The translations under genes were made by a program, and so were the position numbers. A stretch of DNA of 64,000 nucleotides from Camelus dromedarius. Its lineage: Eukaryota. Location of the stretch: contig NC_087437.1 in NCBI RefSeq assembly GCF_036321535.1, forward strand, positions 21,826,001-21,890,000, written 5' to 3'. The notes below the pieces were generated by a model, which saw nothing but the letters and a program-made list of their open reading frames with translations, ran no database searches and was not told where the DNA came from. Every line of letters starts with the position of its first letter. Position 1 is the stretch's first letter. Shown here piece after piece: positions 1-13,765 of the stretch.

Positions 1-324
1 TAGGTTCTGTGACTGGTTTGTAATTTTTCTTTTGCATGAGTGTAGCAGCTGTGGCAGGGTGGAAGTTTTTATTATTTCTAGAGGTAAAACTTATCTGGTT
101 TTGATTTTTAAGTTTTTTTCCCCTTATATAGCCCCTGTCTGTAATGGAAATAGTCTTTGAAACCTTAAAGCTGTTGTATCTGACATTTGCAATACATTTA
201 CTTTTTAAACAGCAAACTAAACTTTTAAAACATGTAGCAGTTGTTTTTGACCATTTGCTATATGTGAAGTTTATAAAATTTTATAAGAATTATATTTATA
301 TACAGTGCTTTAGACTTTTCTGTC

Positions 325-1570
325 TCTAGCAACATGGCTAACTAGGTAATCTGAAAACTCTTCTGCTTGAGATCACCTAGAAATGCTAGCTAAAATATAA
401 CAAACATCTATTTAAATGAACAGCTGAGCTTTCAAGAAAGTGAGGGAAGCGGATTCAAACATAAAGAAAAGACTGGATAACAGAGGAGTGTGTGAGCTGA
501 CATTTGACTGCTCTGGGTGTGGGAGCAAGAGTTATTGGTCTGGGCATTGTAGGGATTTGAATTTTAATGCCCATATGGAAACAGGCTACAAAGCCTTGAG
601 TTTGTACAACGTGAGAGTTTGGAACAACATCTAAGCATGAAACCAGGAGCCTTAAAGGACTACACTTTTAGAAGAGGGGTAGATGAGAAAAGAACCTGTC
701 CATCAGCAAAGGGAGACTACAAAGAAGCTTTTAAATAAGACTTCTCTATGAATTTGTAACTATGGTTCTGCCTCTTGTTGGCCTGGGGTTTAAATTAATA
801 CTACCTACTTCATCTGGGAAAACCTAAACTGAGAAATTAATACAAAAATGATTCATAGGGTAGCAAAATCTTTGTTACCTGGAAAAAGTTACCTGGAAAA
901 AGCAAACAACATCCTTGGTGGGACAGATTTTCATACTAGGCTACCTAGTTTCCCATAGTTAAGCTGCATGAAGATGAGTTTGCAGTACCCAATTTAAAAA
1001 TTCAGAAGATAGCCACCCATTATCATGAGTCAGTAGACACAATAAATAGGATTAAATCCCTAAGACTGTCAGATAATTATCATATAGAGACCATAAAATA
1101 AGTATGTTTAAAAAGACTAAGAACTTAAAATAAGGAAATGAAAACAGAAGAAAATATATCAAAAGATTTGGAAATAAATTTATAGAATAAATATAGAAAG
1201 ATTTATAGAAATACAAAACATAATCATTAAAATTTTTAAAAGTAATGAGTGGCTTCATCAGCAGAACTAGTTGAAGGAGGAATAAGTGACTGGACGAGAA
1301 ATCAAAAGTTATCCAGAATGCAGGAAAGAGAGTGAGAAAGAGGAAATATAAGACATCTTTAGAGACACAGAAGTTGGAGTGGGACGATCTAAAATGATGT
1401 CTAAAGAAGTTCCAAAAGGAGAAAAAACAGTATAGGATGAAGCAATATTTGAAGAGATAATGGCTGAAAATATTGCATTTTGATGAAGAGATTCAGAGAG
1501 CCTAGTGAATTCCGGGCAGGATAAATAAAAAACTAATCCTCACCTAGATATATCATTAAACCAAAGAAAA
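325..1570 (+). mobile_element. Ancient L1 (L1ME/HAL1-like) 5' region with degenerate ORF1
   Basis: aacatggc 5' motif; A-rich ORF1 remnants such as gaagttccaaaaggagaa, atatttgaagagataatggctgaaaa and cacctagatatatcat. Confidence 0.7.
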
Positions 1571-1811
1571 TACATCAGGAGTTTTTACGGGTAGCATCCT
1601 CTTCCAACTAAGATACTGAAATAAATTCGTCTGAAATAAGGTTTTCAAGTTATTTTCCAATAGTGACAAATCTGTATGTTCACTATCATTTCAACTTGTG
1701 ACTAAGAAATTCACTTTGTGAATTGCTTGATAAGTTTTTGTCATGGAGCATTAGTATCTAAATATTAATTAGTGCTATGAGGAAAATAATTTCTTTTTGA
1801 CTAGTTTTCTT

Positions 1812-2041
1812 TTTTTAATGTATTTTATTTCTTAAATTGAAGTACAGTCAGTTGCAATGCGTCACTCTCTGGTGTACAGCACAATGTCCCAGTCATGCAT
1901 ATACATGCGTATATTCGTTTACTTTTTTTTTTCCACTAGGGATTATTACAAAATATTGAACATAGTTCCCTGTGCTATACGGAAGAAGCTTTTTTTTTTT
2001 TTTTAAGTCTGTTTTTATATATAGTTGCTAACATTTGTAAA
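1812..2041 (-). mobile_element. 5'-truncated lineage-specific L1 3' end
   Basis: attgaagtacagtcagttgcaatg...ttccctgtgctatac, homologous to the copies at ~24960 and ~63060; possible TSD agttttctt at 1803-1811 and 2042-2050. Confidence 0.8.
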
Positions 2042-3258
2042 AGTTTTCTTCTTGAGGGAAGTAAGGAAATACACCATTAGGAAAACTACCTTTCATCTTC
2101 TTCCAAAATGTGTGGGGACTTTAATGTCATTGGTTAAAAATAATAGCAAAACTTATTTAAAATTTTAACCCAAAAAAGTCTGTTACCTTTCTTATTCACT
2201 CATTTGGTCCAGTTTTAGGATTTTCTCTTTTTGTGTCATGAAATCATTTCTTTCCTTCTGTTTTCCACTCTGATTGTTCTTTTCCTTTTTCTTATTCATA
2301 GACTTCTAAGGAACAAATGTATTTGCAAGTCACTTAAAATGGTTTATTTTTCTTACGTTAAAAAGTAAGATGAAATAAAATAAAACCCACTTTGCTTTCT
2401 TTCTCTAATATTTATCTTTTGATTTATTCCCCTTATTATTTTCTAGTTAGCAGACGAGTATTGTGGGCCCTCTGAAAATGATTACCTCCATAATTATTCT
2501 CATTTTCCTTTGTGGATTAGCTGTTTTGATGTGGGGTAGTTAGCCAGAAGCTACTCTGCATAATCCTGACAGATCAAATTTCACTATGAAATATTCTGTC
2601 TTTGGTCTTTACCAGTGTTAATCCTAATCCTGCCTTGGAGTTTTGTCAGTTGATTATTCCCTCATTTAATCTAAACATCTTCACTAATGAGATGGGTGTG
2701 TGTGTGTTCGTGCGTGTGTTGGGAGAGTGGGGAGAAGAGGAGGAATTTCAGGCACCTTTTCCTCTTACTATACATACCTACAAGCATATACATATTCACA
2801 CTGCTTTTCCGAAGTGTACTTTGCCCTGTAAAACCTCTTCATAATATCCTCCACTTATTACTAGATCTCATTTTTAACCATTAAACCATTAAATGTGTGT
2901 ATGTATTTGAGGTATAAAACTTAAATCCTTTATGTTTCTAATTTTTCTAGCATTTAGTCTGTGCTTTTGGACATTCTTTACTGCTTTAAATGTCTCCCAA
3001 AACTTTCCTTATAATCAATCAGTTATGAATTTTAAACAAATTTTATTTTAAACTGCATATTTAAATTTTTTCTACTTTTTATGTTTGCAGCCAATATACA
3101 TATTATTTTATCAGGATGTAAGTTTTTCAGCAAGGAAATGTTCACATTTTCTTTGCACATTTCCATATACAAAATTGAGTTTAGATTTTTTAATCTTTTA
3201 AATCAACAAGCTAAATTTTCTTTACAGATGTTCTTATTTAATATGTCATGGATATTAA

Positions 3259-3447
<189 letters not shown>

Positions 3448-5477
3448 TAGATAATCTTATCCAGTAGCTTCTAAGTACTGTTACATATGCCTTGTTTTCT
3501 TCTTTCTACTTCCCTCCTGCCTTCCCTCCCTCCCTTTTTTTCTTCTTCTCTTCCTATCTATTTTTTCTCTCTTTCTGTCACCTTGTATTTGTGAAAGCCA
3601 CTAAAAGTTTTTAAAACAACCCCAAAAAACTTTTTTTTATAATATTTTGACTTGATTTATCTTTTTCTCCCAACTTTTATTTCCTCCCCCTTATATATTT
3701 TAAAATATCCAACAGTGGTAAATTATCATAACTAAAGATGACTTTGTTTTTATTACTTATTACTTATTTGTCATATATATCAAAAAGTAGTACAAGTATT
3801 CTGGAAGTGTCGGGAGAACAGGTATTTCTGTAGCCCATATGATTTACAGGCATAAGAACAAAATGCTCCTCACTCACAAAGCAATTTTCAGTTTGACTTT
3901 GTTTTCTCCTGTTAAGTTTTATTAAATTAAATTTTCCTTTTTGTCTGAAATTTAGTGTTTGCTTATAATTAAAGGTGAATGAATTTTTTTAAACTGGAAA
4001 ATACTGACCTTTCTGTTTGTCTTCATATCATTCAGGTGAAAAAGCAGGCATGTGTATAGGTCTCGAAAGAATTCAATCAAGAGATTCTGAAGGAAATTTA
4101 ATAATATAATTTTCTTTCCTTTTTGGTTTGCTTATGGGACTTAGCACATGAATTCTGGCTCTCTTTTTTTTTTTTCTTTCAAATAGTGTGATTGTTGTAG
4201 CTTTAAATTAATGAGACTTTTTTTTTTTTGAGTGGCACCAGGGAGCACTCACAGATTTTTTTAAAAAATAAGTAGGTTAGTCCTATGTACATTTCTTTAT
4301 ACAGATAATAATATACATATATGTATTACAACATATGGCACTGTCTCTATGTATACATATTTAGAGTAGAAAAAGAAACTGCTTTCTCAGACATTTCAGT
4401 TACACAGAACACCACCAAGAGCCAGGAAGTAAAAAATACCTCTGAGCAGCCAGAGTAGATGCCATGAAGTTTACCATTTATGAACTTTAGTCATAGGAGT
4501 ATGTCTGGAGACCTTCTTCAAAGTCTATTTTTTCTCATTTTAGATTCCACATCAATAAACTTAGTTAGTTTTCTAATCCATAGAGAACGAGAGGGGCAAC
4601 AGAAGGGGCATAAGGGCTGTGGTGGAACGAAATGAGGCACAGGACCTCTGACTCTGCTTAATAAAGACGTCAGCAGCATTACATGCCTGATAATCTCTAA
4701 GGGAGCCGTATGTGAGAGTGGTAACTGATGTTTATAACAATGGCCCAGAGGCAGTAAGGGAAAGTTAAATTATATTCAGTATGTATTGTTTTAGAAGAAG
4801 GAAGAATATATATAGTACTTCTGAAGCAGAAAACTTACATCAGAATAGTTGAAATTTCAAAATTAAACACTTAAAGGCATAAGCTTCAGTTACCTAGACA
4901 ATAAGGTTACCAAGTAAGTCTCTGATGATTCTATATAAAAGAGGTATTATGGTGTAATAATCATTGTTGTCTTTTTACATGTAAGATTCTATGTATATAA
5001 AATTTCTGCAGTGTCCGTGGTTCTTTTACATACCTGATCACAGTTGAACGTCATAGCCAACCTATATAGATGTATTATTTTATAGTTCAGAAAACTGAGG
5101 CTCATAGACTGTAATGAATTGCCCAAAGTTCTAAAGTAAGGGCAAAGCTAAGATTTGAACCTAGTCTTCTGACTGCAAATCCCATGCTCTTTCCAGTTCA
5201 CTGTGTTCTGTCTCAGGTTACCTCAGGTTGTTCTGTCTTCGCTATAAGTCAACAAATGTCCAAGGCCTTTGGGTTGGTTGTGATTGTGGAAATGAATATG
5301 TAAAACATGAGTTCTGTACTAAAGGACTAATTGCACAATGAAAGTATATATGAATTTTTCAATCAATTAAGTAATACAAAAATGTATTCCCTAAGTGCTA
5401 AGTGGTAATAATACTTGACCTTTGTGTATTCCTTTGAGATTACAAGGTGCTGTCATGTATTTTATCTTGTGGTATAC

Positions 5478-5705
5478 CAGTGGTTCGCAACTGGACAATT
5501 TTGTCCCTCAGGGGACATTTGGCAACATCTGGAAACATTTTGATTTTACAACTGGGAGTGGGTTACTGCTGGCACCTGGTGGGCAGAGGTAGGGATGCCG
5601 CTAAACATCCTATGGTGAACAAGACAGCCCCTAAACAAAGAATTATCCCACAAGAAAGAATTATCTGGCCCAAAATGTCAATAGTGCCACTATTGAGAAA
5701 CTCTG
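5478..5705 (+). mobile_element. MER20-like hAT DNA transposon
   Basis: Termini cagtggttc...gagaaactctg; internal caggggacatttggcaacatctgga and gatgccgctaaacatccta. Confidence 0.85.
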
Positions 5706-5739
5706 TTTCGTACTTAAACTTTTGTGGTTTGCAATAAAT

Positions 5740-7100
5740 GTTTTGGAAACTGGATTTGAGCCATCAAGAAAGGTTTCATGGAAGAGTATCAGTTGAGCTC
5801 AGCCTTGAAATACTAATAATTGCTAATATTTATATAGTTCTACCGTGTACTAGGAATCTTAAATATATTCACTTCTTTAGTTCTCACAACAGTCCTGTGA
5901 GATAGGTACAATTATTATTCCTATTTTATAGAGGAGAAAGCCAAGGTACAGAAAATTTCAGTAACATGTCCAAAGTCACTGCATAAATGCCACATCCAGA
6001 ATTAGAACCCAGGTTCTGGCTCCAGAGTACATGCTTTTACCTATTTCCTGAAACTACTCTCAAAAATGTATAGCTAGGTCAGGAATAGGAGGTGGAGAAA
6101 GATGTAAACAAAGGCACATTCAATGTATATTCTTGAGACAGTGAATTGACTTAGTCTTTTTGAACAAAATATTTGGGTTGGATAGCAGTGGGAGATACCT
6201 GGGAAAATAACTAAAACAAAACTGATGAAAAGAGCCTGAATGCCAGGCTAAGGAATTTGTGTTTTATATGATAGATAGTGAGATCATTAAATAATTTTTT
6301 AGAAAGGATGTGATGTGTCCAATGGCATTTTAGAAAAACCAATTAGTGGCTGTGTTCAATATAGATTAAGAAGTGGAAAGTGGGGAGGGCTATAAACAGC
6401 TTGAGTGAGCGGTTTTTATAGTAATCCAGATACGAAGAGATTAAAGCCTGACCTAGAATACTGGGCTCTAAGAATGAGAGAGGGATGGCAGATGTAAGAG
6501 ATGTTATGGGGGAAGTATTGATAGAATTTAGTGAGTATTTGAATTTGGTGGAGGGAACTGAGAAGGAGTCCCAAGATGATTTGAAAATCTTAAACATGGG
6601 TGACTTGGAGAAGGATGAAAGAAAAACAGGAAGCTAAGAAGTCAAGCTCAGGGCAGAGAAATGTGAATTCTGGTTTTAGCCTTGTTTATTTTAAGGATAT
6701 CAGGCAGTTTCCGATGGAACGCTTACATCTCTAGGGAGAGGTTGGGCTGGAGAGATACAGCAGTCGTGGGCGTGGGGAGATCACCGACATTGCGACAGCG
6801 GGTGAAATCACAGAGAAGAGCAAACTAGTGCTGATTCTTTCTCAGGGAGCATCTACATCAATAAAGTACATTAGAAGGAAAGGGTTTCATTAAAGGAGTT
6901 AGGATAATGCAGCATTGCGAAGACCAAAGAAACCGTTTTACTATGTTGCTTAGAAATCAAGAAACATGTGGAAGTAGGAAAGGCCATTGGATTCTGAAAC
7001 TCTGGCATCACGAGAATTAGAGAAAATGATATGCATGGGTTTGAGAAGTTTGCAGAGTGAGAGAGTAAAAACTTGAGTGGTAAGAAAAAGATAGGTCAAG
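5740..7100 (-). mobile_element. L2 relic interrupted by a MIR (~5815-6060)
   Basis: L2 motifs gcctgaatgccaggctaaggaattt, gtaatccaga and ggccattggatt; MIR core cctattttatagaggagaaag. Confidence 0.65.
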
Positions 7101-9431
7101 TCAAGTTAGCAAAGAGTAAGGAAGAATTTCATGTTTTTAGGAGGTGGGGGCTAGGACTGGTATTTCTGCGAATGGAGGACCAAGGTCCTATAGAAGACAG
7201 GAGCACTAAATTAAAACCAAGGTGGGAAATTTAGCTTTGGGAAGGAAACAAGTAGTTTCTTACTCTGAGCTTAGAGGAAAGAGTATGGGAATTGTTGAAA
7301 AGACAAATTCTGAGGAGGGAAGGAAGATAGTAACCTCAGTAATACATAATATATACTGAATAGATTTTAATAAGGAATGATCAAATATCTGAGCAATTGA
7401 GAAACAAAACCAATGAGGACATTTTGTATACCCACAGATATTTTTAAAATAAAACATTTTTTCCCTCAGAACTTCCTTCTTTATCAAATAACACAGCATT
7501 GTGCAGAATAAGTCAATGGCAACTCCTTATTTAATGACTTTTTTACATAAATAAATATTTTTACACCTGAAGCTTATTCTTTTAAGCATGGAAAGATTTA
7601 ACATGAATCTTTCTTTATTCTTAACTAAATAGTATATCTGAATATAATTTAACTTTACCATCGTAAGTGGGTGTCGAGAGTGTAATCATTTTACTTTGCT
7701 TCATATAGTCTGAAACGATTGACATATTTTCCTTATATTAAATGGCTTCAGCCTGCTGTGTATTGACTGATTTTGCTATATTTTGCTGATATTTTATCTT
7801 CTCAATGATCAACTTTTTAGCAATTTTTTCATCCTTTTCCCTCTTCTTTGTTGGCTTTAATCTAGCTCTTCTCTTTTTCAGTAGAGACCTGAAGTGTACT
7901 TAGGAAAGCCAGATATCCGTCATTTATAGACTACTCTGTCCGTGTGGTTGAGGCAGTTGCTTCTAGGAAATAATGCCCATGAAGTTAGTTTGTGACAGCT
8001 CAGTATGGTTCTGGAAGAAACTTGCAGCTAGATCCATGCCTATGTTTCAGATGATTGGAGTTACCTAGTGTTTTGACTTTGAGATCAGGCGCATTACTAT
8101 AGTTATCTTTATAGGTTAAAATTAAAGATCATAAATGAAATATTTAGTAGTAATGAACACATGGTTCTTTTTGTTTGTTTGCTTTACCTGACCAAGTCCA
8201 GTAAAAACTGAAGAAAAATGTTTGCAAAGCAGAAAAATAATAATGCTAGTTTCTAAAGAATAAGCTACAGCCCAATGAACCTAAAAGTTTAAAGGGATAA
8301 AATAGTAATTTAAGTGTCCCCTGAGAGTGGGGAGTTTTTCCTTTATGAATACATAGGCAGTTTCTAATGGTTGAACATGGCCCCCAACCCTTTCTTTGAG
8401 GTGCTTAGTCCTATTTTTACACATCCAGGTAAAATCTGTCATTTTTAGTCCTATTTTTGACATCTAGATAAAGTAGGTGAAAGTTTATTCTTTTCAGCTA
8501 TGAGGAATATTTAACATCTGATATAATTTCATTTTCAAGGGAGAAAATGTTTATTTAAATAGTTATTAAAGATGATCATAGTCTAAAAGATAAAGACTGA
8601 AAATAATCAAGGCATTTTCTTAGGTTAAATCATTACTTATCCCCATTTTTCTCTTCTGCCTTTATGGTTTTCCTTACAAAACAAAACAAAAAGAAACCCA
8701 AAACCTGATGTCACAGTTGCCAGTGACCATAATAGGACTGTAGACTTGGTTACAGAGAATTGAAAAAAATAATCTCTATTTCCTCAGCTTCTATTTACTT
8801 TTTCCTCCTATCAAAGTTGGAGCTTCAAAATGAGCTATGGGAGTAATGAGTTTGAGAGTAAAACTATAAAGTCACTTCTCCCTCTTATCTCTAAGGACAG
8901 TGGTAGCCTAGTTCTTTGTGTTTTTTACTTGATAAGATTGCAACATTAATGTCATATTTGTAATTTCAGTCAGCCATCTGTGCTTTAAAGATGAGAGCAG
9001 ATGTTTACATATTTTCTCATTGTCCCTTAGCTCATGGTTGCATTGATTAGCATTTTTATCAGGCTGAACACAATCCTTTACCTGTAGTAATTGTTCTTGG
9101 CAATGTCTTTTATAGATTTGGAGTGTTAAGATTCTTTTGGTCCACAGTTCAAGAGTAAAGATCTTAGGAAAAAAGAACATTTCAAGTTTAAATACTGCAT
9201 GGGTCAGCACTATTTCATTAATAAACCCCTCTGTCAAGCATTCATTATTTTGTCAGCTCATGCAGTGAACCCAGGACAAAAATGTGTGTGTTGTGGTACA
9301 CAGAAGTACTGCTAAGGCAAGCAAATGTACTATTTGGACAGTCTAAATTTTTGAAAGTTCAGTATTACTGTATATAATACAGTTTAAATTAAAAATAGTT
9401 TTATTTATGAATTATTAGTAAAAATAAATAG

Positions 9432-9629
<198 letters not shown>

Positions 9630-9854
9630 TAGATCTCTGCCCCATTGCCATTATTTTCGTCCCCTCCAATTTATTTTGTTTTAAATAAATAGATTTTTTT
9701 ACTCCGTAAAATATTGCTCTAAAGTAAGTAGACACTTGCAAGAATAATTAATATTGCTTTCAGGAAACCTTTTAAAACTAGTGATATTTCTATAATTTTG
9801 TTAATGTGATCCAGTATTTTTAGTTTGAAACATTCTGCAGGTTAAGTTGAAAAT

Positions 9855-10700
9855 ATAGATTCATTTCCAAATGGATCTAAGAATTAAAAATAAAGAATGA
9901 AACTATAAAACTGTAAGAAAATGTAGGTGAATATTTAGATGATTGGGAGGGAAAAACTTTCTGAGCATAAAAACAATGGACAATGCGGCACAGCCTTTGG
10001 CTGTACAGAAGTTAAATTTCTGGGATCAAGGCATCAGGCAAAATTTAAAAGGCAGATAGATAACTTTCAAAAGATATTTTCAGCATATATCACAAATTCA
10101 TAATCTTAATATTAGGCGAATTGATGAAAAACACCAAAATGAGAAAAGGACATGAAAAAAATCTCAAAAGAAGGTACAAAATATTAAACTTTACTGACAA
10201 TCAAATAGAAGATGCTAATTTTTGCTTATCAAATTAGCAAAGTTTTTTTAAAAAAAATCATTGATGGCAAAGGAGTAGTCCAGTCTCATACATCACAAGT
10301 AGGGAGGGTGTTTTGGGAAGCAGTTTGACAGGATATGTCATACACAAGAGAGATGTTCATATTCTTTAACCTTGTGCTTCCTCCTCTAGAAATTTATCAA
10401 GGAAGTGGTCAAAAATATTAATTGTAATCTTATTTGTAGAAGTGAAAAAACCATGTGACACACTCTAAATATCCCAAAATGAAAGATTGGAAATATAAAT
10501 AATTACATATGATTAAAATGGTACTTTTAAAGGTATTTAGGAACATGAAAACATATAATAGAGGAAGTGAAAAAAATGAGGATAATGAGCTGTGCATATA
10601 ATACAATCCACGGTTAAAAATATGCATAGAAAAGGAACTGTATGGCTCTCATTACCAAATTAAGGATTTTTTTTCTTATTCTTATTTTCTTTATTGTTTT
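9855..10700 (+). mobile_element. Old L1 (L1MC/ME-like) ORF2 end and 3' UTR relic
   Basis: A-rich degenerate L1 motifs (aaactataaaactgtaagaaaatgtaggtgaatattt; cctctagaaatttatc). Confidence 0.6.
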
Positions 10701-11859
10701 TATAATTAAGAAGATAGTTACTAATAAGAAAATATATTCTGTAAAAATGAGGTATTTGTTGTATATCAGAATTTAAAAGTTGTAACACTCATTACTGGTG
10801 AGGATGTAGTGAAATAATCAGTAAAAATAATTTCTGGGACTGTAAACTAGCTATACTCATATGAAAAATATTGTTTTAAGAAAGAATTATCAATTGGATG
10901 CATATTATCTGCCATTATCTGAGAACAATGAGAAGCTCCCCTAAATTACATATTTTATCATATATTAGCTGAAATATTTTACCCTCATTTAAACTATTAC
11001 AAAGTTTGTGTAAGCGTGACATTCTCCAGAGGATAGTTCCAACTAGTTTAAGTGGTGGTAAGAAACCAACAAGAATTGAGGGGGAAAAGGCTAAGAATAT
11101 AGCCCCTGTCCAAAGAATCAGAAATGTCTGGAATCCTGTTCAATTTCTGTCACCTAACCTGCAGTTACTAGTATATTTTGGTAGACCTATTCCACTTTCT
11201 AGCCTTTTAACCCATTTACTTTCTTGGGGAGGTTGGGTGTAGTGTGTCAGGATATTAGAGCAACTGACATATTATTTCATCACCATTACCACTGCCAATT
11301 GAATCTTGAGTTGCAAGGGTGGGCTGTCCTCACCTACTCAGTGAAAAAATACTTTCTACTTTACCTTTAACAAAAAAGGTTATCCAGCCTTTGCTTGAAT
11401 TATAGTTTAATAGCCCTATTACTTCTAGACAGGCAATGTCAAATATTTTTATATACTTTTTTTTTTTACCACCTCAGTGAATTTATTCTGTATTCCTGGC
11501 TTATAAAAATTATCTTTTGATAAATTTTGACTTTCAAATACAGGTGGTTTTTTTTGATAGTGTATAGCTTATATTATGAGCAATGGAATTATGAACTTTA
11601 ATCATCTATGTCTAATAGTGTTTTTCATATAGTTAAGTGTGTTTCATAGGAAAAGTGAGAACTATTTTTTCCCTAAGGGATTAAATATGATTTTCTCCTC
11701 TTTATAACCTCTTTTTTGTAATTAGGGAGAATGGAGTAAATTTTTAGATTTCTCTGTAGTTTTTTTTTTTAAACATTTTTTTATTGAGTTATAGTCATTT
11801 TACAGTGTTGTGTCAAATAAGTTCATTAATTTGAAGTCCCCAATAAATAAATGGAAAGT

Positions 11860-12560
11860 ATATAAACAAACTATTCATGAAAGAGGGAAAAAAGATAAGT
11901 ATGTCAGAAAACATTAAAATTTATCAGTAATCAGGGAAGAGTAAATTAATATTTCATGATAGTTTTTTTACTCATAAATTGGGAGTTATCATGCCCAGTG
12001 CTGGTGAGTAAACCTTAGTGTGTGGGTACATTCCTGTATTATTGGTAATATAAACTTATTTAAAGGACTTTGATACTATGTATCAAAAGCCTCAAAACTG
12101 TTCATGGCCTTTAGACCTATAATTCCACTTCATGAGTTCTATGTTAATGTGATAATCCTAAATTTTGAAAAAACTATATTCATAAAGATGTTTGTGGTAG
12201 TGTTATTTAAATCAGCAAAATAAAATATCTTGAACATAGGATCTATTAGCTTCCTTAAATTGCATGCAAAATTCTCTACATGGATTTTTTTTCCAAAAGA
12301 TTTTAGGTTATAGCTTTATGAGATCATTAAAAGGGTCTTTGATCTTCAAAATATTAAGGACCATTGTTTTTAATTGTTGGTGCCAAATCATTCATGCCAA
12401 TGTTACCCTTAAAAGTGGGTGTGGTAGAGAAAGGACTAGAAGGAAATATGGTAAATGTTTTCGAGTAGTAGGAAGATAGGTATTTTTATTCTTCTTTTCA
12501 CTTTTCTATATTTTTCAGATATTTTATAATGTGTGTGCACTACTTTTACAATGTTAATAA
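11860..12560 (+). mobile_element. Old L1 (L1ME-like) 3' relic, preceded by a ~55-bp young antisense L1 tip at ~11760-11817
   Basis: tatgtatcaaaagcctcaaaactgttcatggcctttagacctataattccactt; the tip reads ttattgagttatagtcattttacagtgttgtgtcaa. Confidence 0.6.
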
Positions 12561-13522
12561 AAATGACAAAAATAAACTGTGAACTAGATGAGCTTATACT
12601 GTGGAATCAAATAGCTCTCAGAAAAATATCTGTGAAAAAGTGAGAAGTTTTGGAAGAATATGCAGTAGCCATAAAATAGTCAACCTTTTAAAACTGAACC
12701 CTGATCTTTATTTACTAATGTTTCTTTTCTCGTATCATGCCATCACTAAGCATAAGCCGGTGTAGTGAAAGGAGCCCAGCCTCCAGAGTAACACACACCT
12801 GGGTTCTCTGCACTTTGCCACTCTATTGTGTAGCTCGGGCACATTAACCTCTCTGAGCCTCAGTTTCTTCGTGGGGATTATAATGCTCAATTTTGCAGGT
12901 TATTGTGGGGATTAAATGAGATGATAAATATAAATGCCTAACACTTCCAGTAGCTATGATTGTTAGTGTTTTTGTGCATTTGTAACAGGGAACATTATAG
13001 ATGGTTACTGAGAATATGTGGAGAATTATATAAAAGGAAGAGTGCCTTCTATTTACTTACCACTTTTAAGTAACTTTATTGCTATCAATGTGACAAGGTT
13101 TGCCATAGAGGTGGAGTTAAATATTTTTTTCTCATGCATTTATACTCTGCCTTTTTTTTTTTTTCAAAATTTCTGTTTTTTTATTATGCTCTTTTTCTAA
13201 AATTCTTCTTCTTTGTCTTGTCATGTATGTCTCCATAATCTTGTAAAAATTAAACACTTTTTCTTAAAGTATTTCTTTAGATGTGCTCACTTCTTTATTA
13301 GGAAAACAGAACTCTGAGTGTATGAATGTTTCCTATTGAAGATTTTGTCTGTCATGATTATACTGCATTTATTAACTAAAGTTAGGTTTTGAGGTTTAAA
13401 AAAAATGTTAGTCCTAGTAAAATGTTTATTATATTCCTTAAAATAATTTTTGTTTTTTTGTGCCTTCAATTTTTTTCATTTCATTTTTTAGATAAATGTT
13501 ATTTTAAAGTCACAAATAGTAA

Positions 13523-13765
<243 letters not shown>

